From NCBI GenBank assembly GCA_013115145.1, contig JAAPAO010000013.1, positions 62,001 to 126,000 of the forward strand: DNA of 64,000 nucleotides, in the 5' to 3' direction. Every line of letters starts with the position of its first letter. Position 1 is the first letter of the stretch. The position numbers and the translations under genes are program-made. Under the pieces are notes generated by a model. That model saw nothing but the letters and a program-made list of their open reading frames with translations. It did no database searches and was not told where the DNA came from. Positions 62,443 through 64,000 of the stretch are shown here, piece by piece. This stretch comes from Perkinsus chesapeaki ATCC PRA-425. Its lineage: Eukaryota > Protista > Perkinsozoa.

Positions 62443-64000
62443 ATGCTCTCCCGTGCAGCATCCCATTCCAGGACCGTATATCTACGCACTCTCTGCACAG
62501 TCTCATCTGCCAAGAAAGCAGGTGATCCCTTCAAGTGAGATGCTTAAGCTTCATCTTAATACATTTTCTGGGTAGATGGGACCATGAAACCCATTGGAGA
62601 GACATGTTCATGTTAGAGGATATGCTTACTGAAGAGGAAAGACTCATACGGTAGCCAATGCCTCCATCACTGCCTCGGTCCCAACTTGCTATCAGGGACT
62701 CTGCCCGTGCATTTGCAGACTCCGTGTTGATGCCCACCGTCCTCGATGGCTTCCGTAACGAAACGTTCAATAAAGACGTTTTTCTAGAGTTCGGCAAGAA
62801 CGGTCTCCTTGGTCCCTTCATAGAAGGCTACGGTTGCGCCGGTACCCTTACTCCAGCTCCTCCCCCTGGTATGCCTCCTTATAGGTGCATCATCTGTAGC
62901 ATACGGCTTGATTGCTCGAGAAGTGGAGCGTGTAGACTCGGCCTTCCGCTCAGCTTTCTCAGTACAGTCTAGCCTGGTCATGCATCCCATCAATCTGTTT
63001 GGTAGCGAGGAACAGAAGGCTCGCTGGCTACCTGCCCTCGCCACAGGTAAAAGCCCAGTCATTCACCGTACGGTATGGTCTATAGTATAGGGGAGAAGAT
63101 AGGCTGCTTTGGCCTTACCGAGCCTAACCATGGATCGGACCCTAGTGGGATGGAAACCACAGCTAAGAAGGTTGATGGAGGCTGGAAGCTGAATGGATCT
63201 AAGAATTGGATAACTAACTCTCCTATAGCTGACGTCTGTGTCGTCTGGGCCAAGTGTGATACCGACGGAAAGGTCCTCAGTAACGGATTCTTAGTACTAA
63301 AGGCCCTTGCTACAGGTACGAGGGTTCCTAGTAGAAACGGAATGGAAGGGCGTATCCTGTCCGAAGATTCTGGGCAAGTTCTCCCTGAGAGCCTCTCCCA
63401 CCGGTAAAGTTGTCCATCGGTAATACCCACATAGACCTAGTCTATAGGTATGATTCTGATGGATGAGGTATTCGTCCCTGAAGGCTCCCTGTTGCCCGGC
63501 GTAGAGGGCATGAAGGGACCATTTGCCTGCCTTAACTCCGCCAGGCTTGGTACGCCTCTGTAAAGCAGGCCTCCATGTGATAATGTATTATAGGTATTGC
63601 TTGGGGTGTCATCGGGGCAGCTGAATACTGTATGGATGCAGCCAGGCAGTACACCATGGATAGGAAGCAGTTTGGTCGACCATTGGCGGCTAATCAGGTC
63701 CTATATAGCCCCGAGGGGAGAGGCAACCGTAGCTCTCTAAACTAGTCCATGCATCGAATAGAATAGAACTTTTTGGCTCGGTCTTCGAGCCCGGGCGTGG
63801 TATGTGATGATGAGGGGAGGGCCCTATTTGCATTTGCTTGCTTTAAAGTTATCTAGGACTTGCGCGTCGGTCGTTATATATTATGACTGGGTACTTACTA
63901 GAACTCTCCTAGGTTGTTTTTGATATCGTTGGACGGTCATCGGCATTGTTTATAGTTAATCCAAAAGAAGATGGCAGACCAGCTCACTGAGATACACTCC
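62443..64000 (+). CDS. GCDH: Glutaryl-CoA dehydrogenase (mitochondrial precursor), truncated by the window end
   Basis: [81 protein letters not shown]. Confidence 0.93.

Noticed and set aside
63790-63960. Possible C/D snoRNA in a long GCDH intron (GTGATGA)
   Set aside because: No suitably placed CTGA D box or terminal stem.

Overview
Eukaryotic, gene-dense DNA with many short (about 40-70 nt) GT-AG introns and long same-strand gene runs. The style points to a perkinsid alveolate (Perkinsus-like); this is inference, not a database match. Housekeeping genes recognisable from motifs: Mei2-type RRM protein, ankyrin protein, guanylate-binding protein, ARL3, a full-size (TMD-NBD)x2 ABCD transporter, TFIIH p44/Ssl1, RsuA/RluB-type pseudouridine synthase, U1A/U2B''-like protein, RNA polymerase I largest subunit and a partial glutaryl-CoA dehydrogenase. 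The accessory part (about 25.7-43.5 kb) is a tandem-duplication hot spot. It holds five paralogues of an unrecognised ~400-aa protein family with a lipobox-like xGCS N-terminus and a glycoside-hydrolase-like motif series; four are intronless and one has two introns. It also holds two S28 serine peptidases, two RWDD2-like genes and relic exons of both families in a spacer. Long near-perfect hairpins occur in two intergenic spacers: a back-to-back double hairpin at 23126-23242 in a divergent strand-switch region, and a 79-nt pre-miRNA-like hairpin at 39950-40028. Boundaries of multi-exon genes were spliced by eye and are approximate.
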